A stretch of DNA of 64,000 nt from positions 30,219 to 94,218 of the IMG/VR virus record IMGVR_UViG_3300037851_000215. One strand, written 5' to 3'. The position numbers were made by a program, and so were the translations under genes. The stretch is from a virus. Positions 12,001 through 17,850 of this stretch are shown in pieces (the first letter of the stretch is position 1; every line of letters begins with the position of its first letter). Under the pieces are notes generated by a model. It saw only the letters and a program-made list of their open reading frames with translations. It made no database searches and had not been told where the DNA came from.

Positions 12001-12271
12001 TAAATAATTGTTTATAACTACTAAATCCACCTATTTCATTTAATGTTTTCTCAATAGTCCAATTATTTTTAGCACCTTTACTAAATATTTCTTTAGCTCT
12101 ATCAGAACTAAGTAAATCAATTACTTTTAATCCTGCATTAATTGTATATTGATCTAAAGCAGGAGTACTAGTAAAAGATGAAAATTTATTCTGTGATTGT
12201 TGTTTTAAATAACTTTTTAATTCATTCATTGAATTAAAACGCATTCCCTTATATGTAGGTACACAAGCCAT
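1..12271 (-). CDS. Giant virion-packaged DNA-dependent RNA polymerase polyprotein (>=4090 aa, 3' end outside window)
   Basis: Absent from ORF track. ATG at 12271 (MACVPTYKGMRFNSMNELK...). Every stretch I translated by hand is open in this frame, down to the window edge (...ETKKDYLRDFILSLPLNQQ), and the track calls no minus-strand sub-ORF here, implying no internal stop. Beta'-like MIGYRIPTEAKYS and catalytic TQTGSDFDMD (DFDMD at 6455-6469); beta-like segment IQKNFF...PVQIKNAE. Confidence 0.93.
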   Translation of the reverse strand, partial: MACVPTYKGMRFNSMNELKSYLKQQSQNKFSSFTSTPALDQYTINAGLKVIDLLSSDRAKEIFSKGAKNNWTIEKTLNEIGGFSSYKQLFNLQSNTKDVNLDELILNLSSSLSYSIEVNLGKRFDYSDREYDGAGGLIAHVGSLPSADYENLTAPGGTNYREYDIRTPEIVPIMQSHAAFTQDPGGRGIPTNSIGWFRSDIRSETISNINIDIDVVNNTSKFTKDGKEITKEEYDKEFELNTERVQQTINIRRILEVQSEFQKTRDIDILTGIVAEEIFDLRESDGDRLIKTNEEKWFLETIEQEITDDYDEDDNFIGTSKYHSVLKPISNEQAGRYFDTGQAVKSFNKYAVLTEQDISKNQFLQLLNKESNWINFFIKTIVQDSALREFKKVVFPTGETAAKIEGHGTIADEIRRIDKEIELLQNDKATIDKFPTLQNPNKFDSNEDGLTEHYYKTHSVKGDKYYKSGLEITKNEFDNRYNTIKNEAFELYNENVKYILENKIKEKQDLKSQGIEKLKPIEAFYENRIGNILKKLYNAQRITDEYENDWWEVEINEERDLQTIKFSSYLSTLNTEQTGSNFSEEEERNVISLMTAAFIEISNEYKNLKVKDIAENKIRQDILANIGRKGRKAAELGQLSNSQKELLFKLRDEVRNNDAFWKLFKVQLSQNNGYNIHEIDDYQDEVEYLSKSWDENQAISQHPILTVSDRIKNLINTTPEIDPNNITIDNQGNYIFKSNIETPTGFANYLNYNELDGKIRDLMSTALNKQEMLDILFNFASNSKHPIGKSLLQVWQKLKSDPDLLNTWFTQYDKAIIDSYIDLNRTTYLGNEIDLDSGNRNSFSYVTANKWIGTIISRAENNIFNDTWIKEWNDAYKALFVQTRNFTVITDQTAEQLSMLFDKIGIEIDVDTIMHQYNLNRNNIINKLLNPLLYIKSDPFAKEANGFIELYNKNNKLVFNQFGRLRELADVVKFLRIDHFNHSSINTKGNLIFDPRNPSFISNFFEELRNGTDESIFAFLSKYALVPSNQHSLILWGDRIDNSNLIEQGRGILNYTIEKGKKIPLGYNSINKHNLSIFKNFVYQGSKNRDDNKGTEYSDLARFDWTLKSLVYYLAGGRYKYNSKKEIVGKETAIMPLLNPSDRKHTMLFEVPIIELNNNFYSILSANIPNEERLNKIKDTPIFKALFNVVIDEMIAMQTAKEILFELNEDGSVIIEDGKVKLKSNIADVSTSTQKYYHYKLDENQNKNYLSFKLNENNELELDLANSGNVFSLQNMSVINKGKMTTFNDFKLNGLSFTEHLLNSPSLAVALSSDMNGTNFKSLLENYVLRFIQQQTNTAISKLGIYYDYISNSYLRNENRDVVYSDNLNKLLKNKTYNTFILEYALNTYLFNIEQTRLFHGSIADYISQTDLNKRAGEVLANGLSNSNPGVFYASTVSDVVLKSKIYNELVRMTHQILDPDGTTTYRINKLNKVYTDEEIDNNIPKLSAIELKIYNITSPYLRNDSADSVSLITFEEFINRIKGFGLYDSYKDIIDKVRDKAPLNRDEISKFAAIQKNFFYDFEYSHELQKMVPVQIKNAEIVLTPDLIKDLDLSTINKLMKQVGIGQLNFASAEKVGSLHIGTVTDKKGKLLDDNDIINELTLGKRPYNYKGLHMQLEIPDHILEEVNTLGRQIAKKIILNINDNTKYNINGVETLGKDLKTQYFDLLNNNIWHSANKTMLPFDVSIDNNGNIVGEIEYEKILEVLQKEAINRGLPKNVVYSLNIGNNGYANLPIFFSPFVNKFENLLTSIITNGVTNQKFPGVHAAQMSSVFMNKKKGVKQSELENTTGINWHNEITSRNDLKLRSNITFDENGVKIIEAEVLLPRWSKYFYKEGELVDINTIPDKVRTMIGYRIPTEAKYSMYVFKVVGFLPDSNSPAIVLPDEFITQTGSDFDMDTVYSMLYNLQRKYETIDGVKSDKISTIEYITGTTENDLNNRVTAILDSKEDLIHVLSQEHNVSTIISILTDYNNLIKQYKEQNTELNNYIQNDARLTQVVNKIRDIEIKLTKSKGKNKRILLYNLTDLHEELFAKTQSDFGEAFINYKSTPEYIALKNKVKAIIENWSISAQNTKRARENQIVDIYYSILTNPAHFLETIFTSSFDDIQKINSKINKVLFPFSKNSNILTFAGQQEYRDKSQQSVNLKGTTISIDRFNAIAQIARITLANNIDRNSPFIGTVLDTLPIIEYEITNEIDKKELIKNYKQDVRFETRNNKEYAIVTHRYLTNNPANTFVNVLGKHIDTYSAQITANVLDAGRKPLPNNVNEYTLPIWKLLVSIGSTYDVSTTLINQPIVRELSEFFFDNLHTIQRGREISIIKTKYQTILYKLINKRTGKSVQSWDNEISKGKNIFIPYSDEAQSYLYGILGYKNNTPINIEFNRLFDNLNTTTAEEIDAILKSDNADKARLEQLEQHIRYQLQLLETFKVYKHYAQTITDAVNIFNTDSIGAGPTFTTTNSLEYSINRFAERGLLDVGTTNAAVAIYPKYFGINKESVYPILEQFLTFSNLLSLKAFSNYFLSETDVVKYIKSEIFNYINQVKYDKQLSNRINKYLTTAAIKDLPWLNTMNTTEKHRILGINTDVNLKVNTRDLTNISAFEELSAANQIKLLLDQRNYNSNHILNYLDTKLLITDIERNGYHLINLIPNDIPNAMTESFTTLWYSDDIYERVLARNLVKYEYLTSGFTFGFNSYSKLLPVSIFSNSTEAFIEGTDNEKGINLSSHLESKLRIATANKLTLAKENEINELIASLFGIDYFDMILRTNWRNNLLVPDGGVIKEAQFTKIRDFQGDEVNIQLPLFRPNNNGIISIPANKWNDINTSRAWNNVRKAKFIKLQIREKDKVEWIVFKQVIDYVNIDENDQITGTYYYYPVPKLNENEVESKSIFPNNNQLPDGTVIASDEIYRELISKMREKDIISENVYPNDLAMNMSIKDGKFRDELKEYTTTLDLVRAGHRTATTRHGNEAKKWEKLKIGQFVRLQGTSEYIQITRTPHKIDLSTLAARKEWSAKEGWDISYIHDNHLDAANDLQQFEYKYIGTIDKLLDNAVANDNASGIEEEIDINTKGTHYTWSRYSTKSYEVSSAGDKRFSAFYAILNPGAQLEQLHDTTGQLSTLTHKMSIEEYYQVSVKGYLSIKEGKGKPALGNITREQQWNAYLNAWREWAKQNPELIRELSINARNKVLTDKFATSNINQARALAEILNELYPDNPQLSIKFSSYTSSPVQSVNNAINTADQLIKRIYGNLPNLIRINTANKQAKELFDMLKGLGLEREITEIGLANFATALTATLQYASNVLLSKPDNKFKGGLLIRLDEYENANMTDIINDPIKRKEFTGFMSKALSFLKGWVHIKELTSVDGDNFIEEERIINNLIKELQNLSTKIDNANNKFNKLLESYYEAELLNYTSNPEILDGLRKIFEVADDESYVQLWLDALSDTNNAFVANLVKKFSIAMNKGKREGNVDIVEFENLLIAKLGKPLTAITEADFIKYLEIKNGKRTGKLVQKYNWEQYYTDKANRFRYLTKTYGKGTPSYINGALAWFRDNEITAVSDEEVQKVISQKQEELIEYEFNEWKKRNFIKKGDKTYVRMGDSMFKTPSDKYINPEWKAIKDDPIYSKLTEIISKYTDYFGRKTILNDGFIPTMSAFDKENMSISEKLEAWYESHAANKKSDSFVGMNDELVYILGIPMVQFLGREEEIKFRDRRFNETLEDYEKDVLNDIRQAGRGSFNSLAEVRDKNKKIRAENIELNAKRINYNLYEVFSNFIREANIYKAKMGMKFDIDASLHRLRQMDFNKRNSKNELLKNKLAGRTLDKTVIGTKKGQGTNLEKHLAEWIEAIYYGNFDIDEGTFTKIAKIMIKYSSAKNMWFNITAGVNNIVFGKIQNQLESVAGWYFNNADLTKADKMYIAAIPDMINTLGKLKSGTLTNALIKYFDITQNTNEKDYTSGMLKKDLLSTNSMYFMNDIGEHYLQNTTLFAMLNQHRIINGKIVSLAKYKYNNYRQALNEILSDIQKERLNNYISNRFRDEEFKETKKDYLRDFILSLPLNQQ
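2495..2512 (-). repeat. 18-bp direct repeat copy encoding IKFSSY (identical copy at 10565-10582)
   Basis: Plus-strand ataagaagaaaatttaat at both positions, same reading frame of the RNAP gene. Confidence 0.85.
10565..10582 (-). repeat. 18-bp direct repeat copy encoding IKFSSY (identical copy at 2495-2512)
   Basis: Plus-strand ataagaagaaaatttaat; a related NKFSSF peptide lies at 12173-12190. Confidence 0.85.
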
Positions 12272-12283
12272 TATAATTGGAGT

Positions 12284-12466
12284 TTAAAGTTGAGTATAAA
12301 TATTAGATAATTCTTTATGTAAATCGTTTATTCGTTCTTGTAATACTAATTCAAGTGCATCTTCTTCATTTTTACCTTGTTCAATTAATTTATTTACATC
12401 AATTATTAACAATGTTTTATCATCATTAGATAATGTACTACTATTAATTTTATCTATGACAGACAT
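12284..12466 (-). CDS. Hypothetical helical protein (60 aa)
   Basis: ORF track; overlaps upstream gene and ends 12 nt before the RNAP start. Confidence 0.7.
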   Translation of the reverse strand: MSVIDKINSSTLSNDDKTLLIIDVNKLIEQGKNEEDALELVLQERINDLHKELSNIYTQL

Positions 12467-12687
12467 ATCAAAAATGATTTAATTACCATCAATAATTCTT
12501 GTTCATCTTTTAATCCTATAAGTTTTAATGTAACAGTTTCTTCAGAACCATAATAAGGTATTTTATGTTTTCTAATTGTTCGTCTAGAATCAGCTATAAT
12601 TAAATCTACAGTCCAATATCCATTTGTAGCAACAGAAGTTTTTTCTGCACTCCAATATCCTTCTGTTGCTATTTCTAATGTGTTCAT
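12454..12687 (-). CDS. Hypothetical protein (77 aa), duplicated (I/V)AT(E/N)GYW motif
   Basis: ORF track; ATGA overlap with upstream gene; IATEGYW / VATNGYW internal repeat. Confidence 0.75.
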   Translation of the reverse strand: MNTLEIATEGYWSAEKTSVATNGYWTVDLIIADSRRTIRKHKIPYYGSEETVTLKLIGLKDEQELLMVIKSFLICLS

Positions 12688-13235
12688 AGTCTAGTAACTA
12701 CAGTAGATGTAGCATCACTTTCTATATCTAATGTAATATTATCAGTAGTTCGTTTACCTGTAACTTTATCAACGGTCATAGGATTACCTGATACTAGTCC
12801 TTGTAGTTCATGAAGTTCACTTAATTTAGTAGCTTGTTCTGGTGTAAGTCCACCACCACCACCATCAGATGAAAAAGATATTGCTTGTACTGGCTGTTGA
12901 TAATTAATTCTAACTACCCAACTACCTACTGTATTAACAAATGGATCTCCACCACCTTCAACTAGTAAAATACCGTCTATTATATTTAAGGTATGATTTG
13001 CTTCTTGTGGTCGTATTTTCCAATCATTTATTAAAAATGCATATATAGGTATTTTAGTTCCAGTAGATGGATCGATATCATTTCCACCTACTTGTGTTAA
13101 AGCAAGTGGATATTTAGAATTATCACTAGTTAAAAACCAATCAACCCATCTACTCCAAAGATCTCTAACACTTACTGTAGTAGTACCAGAAGTAAGAGTT
13201 ATAATCTTAGTTGAACCATCTATCGAATATGCCAT
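12684..13235 (-). CDS. Putative virion appendage protein (183 aa)
   Basis: ORF track; beta-rich N-terminal domain (MAYSIDGSTKIITL...RDLWSRWVDW), poly-Gly linker, short C-terminal domain. Confidence 0.55.
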   Translation of the reverse strand: MAYSIDGSTKIITLTSGTTTVSVRDLWSRWVDWFLTSDNSKYPLALTQVGGNDIDPSTGTKIPIYAFLINDWKIRPQEANHTLNIIDGILLVEGGGDPFVNTVGSWVVRINYQQPVQAISFSSDGGGGGLTPEQATKLSELHELQGLVSGNPMTVDKVTGKRTTDNITLDIESDATSTVVTRL

Positions 13236-13237
13236 AA

Positions 13238-14911
13238 TTAAACAATATATGCTCTATCTGTTTCTGCCGTAAGTGTTATAATAATACCTTTACTTTGACT
13301 TATAACACCAGTTGCTACTACTGGTTTAGCACTACCTGCATTACCAGCAATAACTGTTACAGGAGCATCTTCTCCTTCTGAACCAGCTCCTCTTTGATCA
13401 TTATTAGTATAATCATATGTAAAGCTAATAGATCCTGCGGTTATAGTACCTACAATTGGATTACCATCTTTATCATTTACGGTTATAGCATTACCTGTAC
13501 CATAATCATAACCTAAATTACTACCAGCATCATCATTAGTAAAGTACATTCTATAATAACCTGTACCACCTGAAGTAAGAGCAGCATTAAAATTAAGTGT
13601 ACCAGCAGATGCATATGGATATTCTCTAGTAGCAGCACTATTATCATAAAATACAATACTGTTCAAATCAGCATCTTGTATGCCTTGTATTAATACACCA
13701 CTACCACCACCAGCTGGGTTTGTAGGTATGTAATAACCACATTTAAGTGAAGGACCAACAAAGTTTAAAAGAAGAGATGCAGTTGTACCAATAACACTTG
13801 TACCACCAGATACAGCATTTATATTACCTGTCTGACGTAGTTGATATTGAATTTTAGTATATATTTCTTTAAGGGTGGCTGTAACAGGAGTTGCTCTTTG
13901 ACAAGTAAAAGATAAATTAGAACCTGATGAAATTGTACCAGTAACTGTTATAGTAGTAGCAGTATTACTAACAATAGGAAATGAAACACCTGCGTCAGTA
14001 CCTTCGTAAATAGTAAGAACACCGCCATTGTATGCACCAACTGTCATACCACCTGTTGCAGATGTTAATATAGAACCAGCACCAGGAGCTGAACCATCTA
14101 TACCAGAATGTGTACCTACATCTATAACTATACCAAAGTTTCTACCTGTTGCACTTTCTATTGTACGAGTAAATGAACCAGAGAAATATTTAATATTTAT
14201 TTCAGTATATGGTGATATAGTAGCTACATTAGCATCGGTATTTGTAATATCCAAATCAGCACCAACTGCAATAGGTAATGCAACTTTAAAAGCACCTGTA
14301 CTAGTTTCACCTACATCTGTCAGAATAGCATCATCATATAAATAACTTTCTTCTCTACAAAACAATTTAAAATAAGTTCTATTATCAAAATTACCATTAG
14401 ATGCATCACCATATACCTGTATTGCTTCATTTGGAGCATCATCATATGTAAAATTATATGCTGAACCACCAGAAGCTCTTTGATAATAAAATTGTGCTCC
14501 ACTAGGAAAACCAGATGCAAGAGCAACCATACCTACATATTGTCTATTTAATACTCCAGCAACAGAATATTCACTCCATCCAGCATCTCGTATCATTTGT
14601 CTACAAACATCATCATTTGGTTTCCATCCATTATATGTACCACCAGGATCTTGTCCAAATATATACTGACCTGATCTAGCATCAAGTACGTTCATTGGAA
14701 AAGGATAAGGTTGATATGTAGCAGTAGTCCATAGATCAATAAATTTTGCCCATAATGCATTACCAGTAACACCATCTTTTGCTACTAGACTACCATACGG
14801 AGCAAGATCAAATGTCTTACTAGAAACATCTAACCATATATTTCCATCTACACCTAAATTTCCAGCTGACGAACTAACGATCAGATCATCTGGATCAATA
14901 ATTTTAGCCAT
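13238..14911 (-). CDS. Putative virion structural/filament protein (557 aa)
   Basis: ORF track; G/T/S/A-rich beta-type composition; starts MAKIIDPDDL, ends ETDRAYIV. Confidence 0.55.
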   Translation of the reverse strand: MAKIIDPDDLIVSSSAGNLGVDGNIWLDVSSKTFDLAPYGSLVAKDGVTGNALWAKFIDLWTTATYQPYPFPMNVLDARSGQYIFGQDPGGTYNGWKPNDDVCRQMIRDAGWSEYSVAGVLNRQYVGMVALASGFPSGAQFYYQRASGGSAYNFTYDDAPNEAIQVYGDASNGNFDNRTYFKLFCREESYLYDDAILTDVGETSTGAFKVALPIAVGADLDITNTDANVATISPYTEINIKYFSGSFTRTIESATGRNFGIVIDVGTHSGIDGSAPGAGSILTSATGGMTVGAYNGGVLTIYEGTDAGVSFPIVSNTATTITVTGTISSGSNLSFTCQRATPVTATLKEIYTKIQYQLRQTGNINAVSGGTSVIGTTASLLLNFVGPSLKCGYYIPTNPAGGGSGVLIQGIQDADLNSIVFYDNSAATREYPYASAGTLNFNAALTSGGTGYYRMYFTNDDAGSNLGYDYGTGNAITVNDKDGNPIVGTITAGSISFTYDYTNNDQRGAGSEGEDAPVTVIAGNAGSAKPVVATGVISQSKGIIITLTAETDRAYIV

Positions 14912-14935
14912 ATTTCTTTTATGTTTATATTGTTA

Positions 14936-17209
14936 TTAATTTATATAATATCTATCTACAACTTGTGCTATTGGAATACTTGTATTACTAGCAGTTAAAA
15001 GATAATTTCTAATATAGTAAGGATTGTATCCTGCTTTGAATATTCCTATATCTATATAAGTAGATGCTGCATATTGATAATTATATTCATATGTAGTACC
15101 ACTATTACTTTGGGTATTTTCTAATTCAGTAGTAGTTCCTGCTTCTAATATAGATATATCACTACCATCGACAAGTCCAGTTAGTGTTAAAATAACTGGA
15201 TTTTCAACAGTAACTGTAGCACCAGCTGTTCTTATTGATGGAGTAGATCCACCACTAATTGTTATTGTCATTGAACCAGAAGCAATATTAATATATATTG
15301 CTTCATTACCAGTTGATCCATCTGTTGCGGCATATCCACTAAAATCAAGACCTGTTAAAACTATATCTGCTGCTGTACCACCAATTTCCATAGCATGACC
15401 AGTACCAGCAGAAATAAAATTACTATTTGTAATATTTTCAGCATCAGCTGGAGAAGCAATTGTTATTTTAGAATTATCAAACATACAATCATCTAAAACA
15501 GCTGAATTTAAAGTAAACATAGGACAATCTATAAAAGACATAGAGCTTAATTCAACTGAACTACGTAATGTGACTGTAGCATTAACAACCGATGTACCAG
15601 CAAAATCTAAATCTGCACTTGCACTATGACTTGCATTAAATCTCCAATAGTAAGGGCTTTCTGATGTAAATACACAATTTGTAAAAGCAAGACTATCGCC
15701 AGATAAACCATAAAATTCATAACCCATATGATTATTATCTACATGGAAATCAAGATTAGTTGTCTCATTAGCTTTTTTAGGATACTGAAATACGTTTAGA
15801 TTACAGCCTATAAAAGTTGCATCTGCACCGCCAAACTTAATCCTTGTCCATAACATACCAGTAGAACCAGCTACTTGAATAAGTGGTATATCAGAACTTC
15901 CTTTATTAATTGCAGTTACAAGATCATCAAAATTAAGCGGGTTAGATGATGTTCCACCAAGTATCTGCGATTCATTAAGTAACCATAATTGAGAAAAATC
16001 TAATTGTGTAGCACCATAATATCCTTGTGCTGCAAAATAAATATCATTTATAGCATTGTAAGCTATTGTACCACTAGTTGCATAACTAGTATCACTGCTC
16101 CCATTAACCTGTATTGCGAAGTTCTGCATATCCCAAGGTTTAGTAGTCTTTGCAAGCTGAGCACCAATAGTCCAAAATTTATAATCATTATCTGCATCTG
16201 CTATACCAATAAGAACTCCACCAGTAGAAGATATACCAGAATCAAGATAATCTCTAGGACTTGTATATTGCCACATACCAAATAACACACCACTACCAGC
16301 AGTAAAATCTTCTGCTGAGGTAAATGTTAATTCCTGTCCATATAAAACAGTTGTAGAAGAAGTAGCATTAAATCTTAATACACCATGAAAAGGATTATAT
16401 CCAACGTCAGCACTATTTGTTGTATATGCAACATAAGTTAAAGTTTTTGCTCCTACAGTAGTTATATCAAGTGGAGCTACTGTTTTTAATGCTCCTCTAT
16501 TAACAGTAGAAACGTTATTATTTAAAACAGATAAAAGAGTTGCAGGAAGATTACTATTACTTACATAAGGTGAAACGGCTGTATTATTACCATCATCTTT
16601 TATTGTAATAACTAATGCTCTTGTATCATCTGCTATTGTTCCAGCAAAGAATGACGGAACATATATAGCACCTGCTGTTTTTTTAAAGTCATACCCAACA
16701 ACTATTGAGTTAGCTCCTGTATCACCACCAAATAATTGTATTATTCCAGGTAAAGCAAAAGTACCATATACAGCATCACCACCAAGACAGTGTATAACTA
16801 ATTCATTGTTTTGAGTAGTTGTAGCAGACATACCTGTAAATGGAAGAGAACTATCATCAGAACCAGTTGCAGCTGCTTGATCTATCGCATCAGAACCATC
16901 AGTTGTAGAACCATCCCAATACTGTCCACGTATAGAAATTACTACACCTATACAAGTTTCACTTGTTAATGTAAAAGTAACTGTTTCAGAACTTGATGCA
17001 GCTCGTTTAGTATAAATACCAGTAGCATGTCCTGCTCCTAGAATAGTAGTAGCAGCAGACCATCCAGCAGGAGTTGTAAAAGCACTAGCTGTATCTTTAT
17101 TTAAACAAGCTACAAGTAAATCACCTGCTTCATGAACAGGCATATTCATTACCATATTTGCTGTAGCAACAGTATAAATAGTAGTAGCGTGATCTATAAT
17201 TCTTGCCAT
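14936..17209 (-). CDS. Putative fibre/adhesin protein with beta-helix-like region (757 aa)
   Basis: ORF track; N-terminal GDLLVA...TPAGW module, FTNCVF/FIDC/DDCMF beta-helix-like repeats, ends VDRYYIN. Confidence 0.55.
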   Translation of the reverse strand: MARIIDHATTIYTVATANMVMNMPVHEAGDLLVACLNKDTASAFTTPAGWSAATTILGAGHATGIYTKRAASSSETVTFTLTSETCIGVVISIRGQYWDGSTTDGSDAIDQAAATGSDDSSLPFTGMSATTTQNNELVIHCLGGDAVYGTFALPGIIQLFGGDTGANSIVVGYDFKKTAGAIYVPSFFAGTIADDTRALVITIKDDGNNTAVSPYVSNSNLPATLLSVLNNNVSTVNRGALKTVAPLDITTVGAKTLTYVAYTTNSADVGYNPFHGVLRFNATSSTTVLYGQELTFTSAEDFTAGSGVLFGMWQYTSPRDYLDSGISSTGGVLIGIADADNDYKFWTIGAQLAKTTKPWDMQNFAIQVNGSSDTSYATSGTIAYNAINDIYFAAQGYYGATQLDFSQLWLLNESQILGGTSSNPLNFDDLVTAINKGSSDIPLIQVAGSTGMLWTRIKFGGADATFIGCNLNVFQYPKKANETTNLDFHVDNNHMGYEFYGLSGDSLAFTNCVFTSESPYYWRFNASHSASADLDFAGTSVVNATVTLRSSVELSSMSFIDCPMFTLNSAVLDDCMFDNSKITIASPADAENITNSNFISAGTGHAMEIGGTAADIVLTGLDFSGYAATDGSTGNEAIYINIASGSMTITISGGSTPSIRTAGATVTVENPVILTLTGLVDGSDISILEAGTTTELENTQSNSGTTYEYNYQYAASTYIDIGIFKAGYNPYYIRNYLLTASNTSIPIAQVVDRYYIN

Positions 17210-17211
17210 AA

Positions 17212-17847
17212 TTAATCTGTTAAATAACTTATACCACCATAATGACCAAGTTTAATATTTCTATTGATCCAAATATCTCCACCTATCTTTCTCCATCTCA
17301 TACCAAAAGCAGCATCTTCATGTACAAGTAATTTATTTTCATTATCTATATAAGGTGAATAATAATCATGTATAAGTATTCTATTAGGCCCATGTATTAA
17401 AGTAGTAACTTTATTAAGTTTTTCAAATACTGATTTTTTAATTAAATTAAAACCAGCACCAACATAATTTACTTTAGTTATTGGTTCATCTGTTGTTTCT
17501 TCACATGGATTAACACAAAGTTCAACTTTTTGCCATTTTTTTAATCTATAAGGAGCAGCTGCAAATTCAACATCCATATCTAATAATACTAAAACATCTT
17601 TTGGACGAAATTGTATATCTGCATCAATACAAAGTAAATGAGTATAACCTAAATCTAAAAAACTAGCAGCAATATGATTTCTTGTTGATGGAATAAATGA
17701 TTCATTAGATGGAGTTATTATATCACAAGCTATATTTTTTTTAGTTAACAGTTTAGATAAAGAAAACAGAGAACTAGCTGTATAACTATGCATTTGTGCT
17801 CCATAACAAGGAACAGCTACTAATATACCTATTTTAGAATAATCCAT
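17212..17847 (-). CDS. GT-A fold glycosyltransferase-like protein (211 aa)
   Basis: ILVAVPCY start, RN motif, THLLCIDADI (DxD), VGAGFNLIKK, HEDAAF, LGHYG. Confidence 0.8.
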   Translation of the reverse strand: MDYSKIGILVAVPCYGAQMHSYTASSLFSLSKLLTKKNIACDIITPSNESFIPSTRNHIAASFLDLGYTHLLCIDADIQFRPKDVLVLLDMDVEFAAAPYRLKKWQKVELCVNPCEETTDEPITKVNYVGAGFNLIKKSVFEKLNKVTTLIHGPNRILIHDYYSPYIDNENKLLVHEDAAFGMRWRKIGGDIWINRNIKLGHYGGISYLTD

Positions 17848-17850
17848 ATC

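Noticed and set aside
1-12271. Apparent 12-kb ORF desert suggesting non-coding DNA or stop-codon recoding
   Set aside because: It is one minus-strand frame lacking a stop inside the window, which the ORF caller did not report
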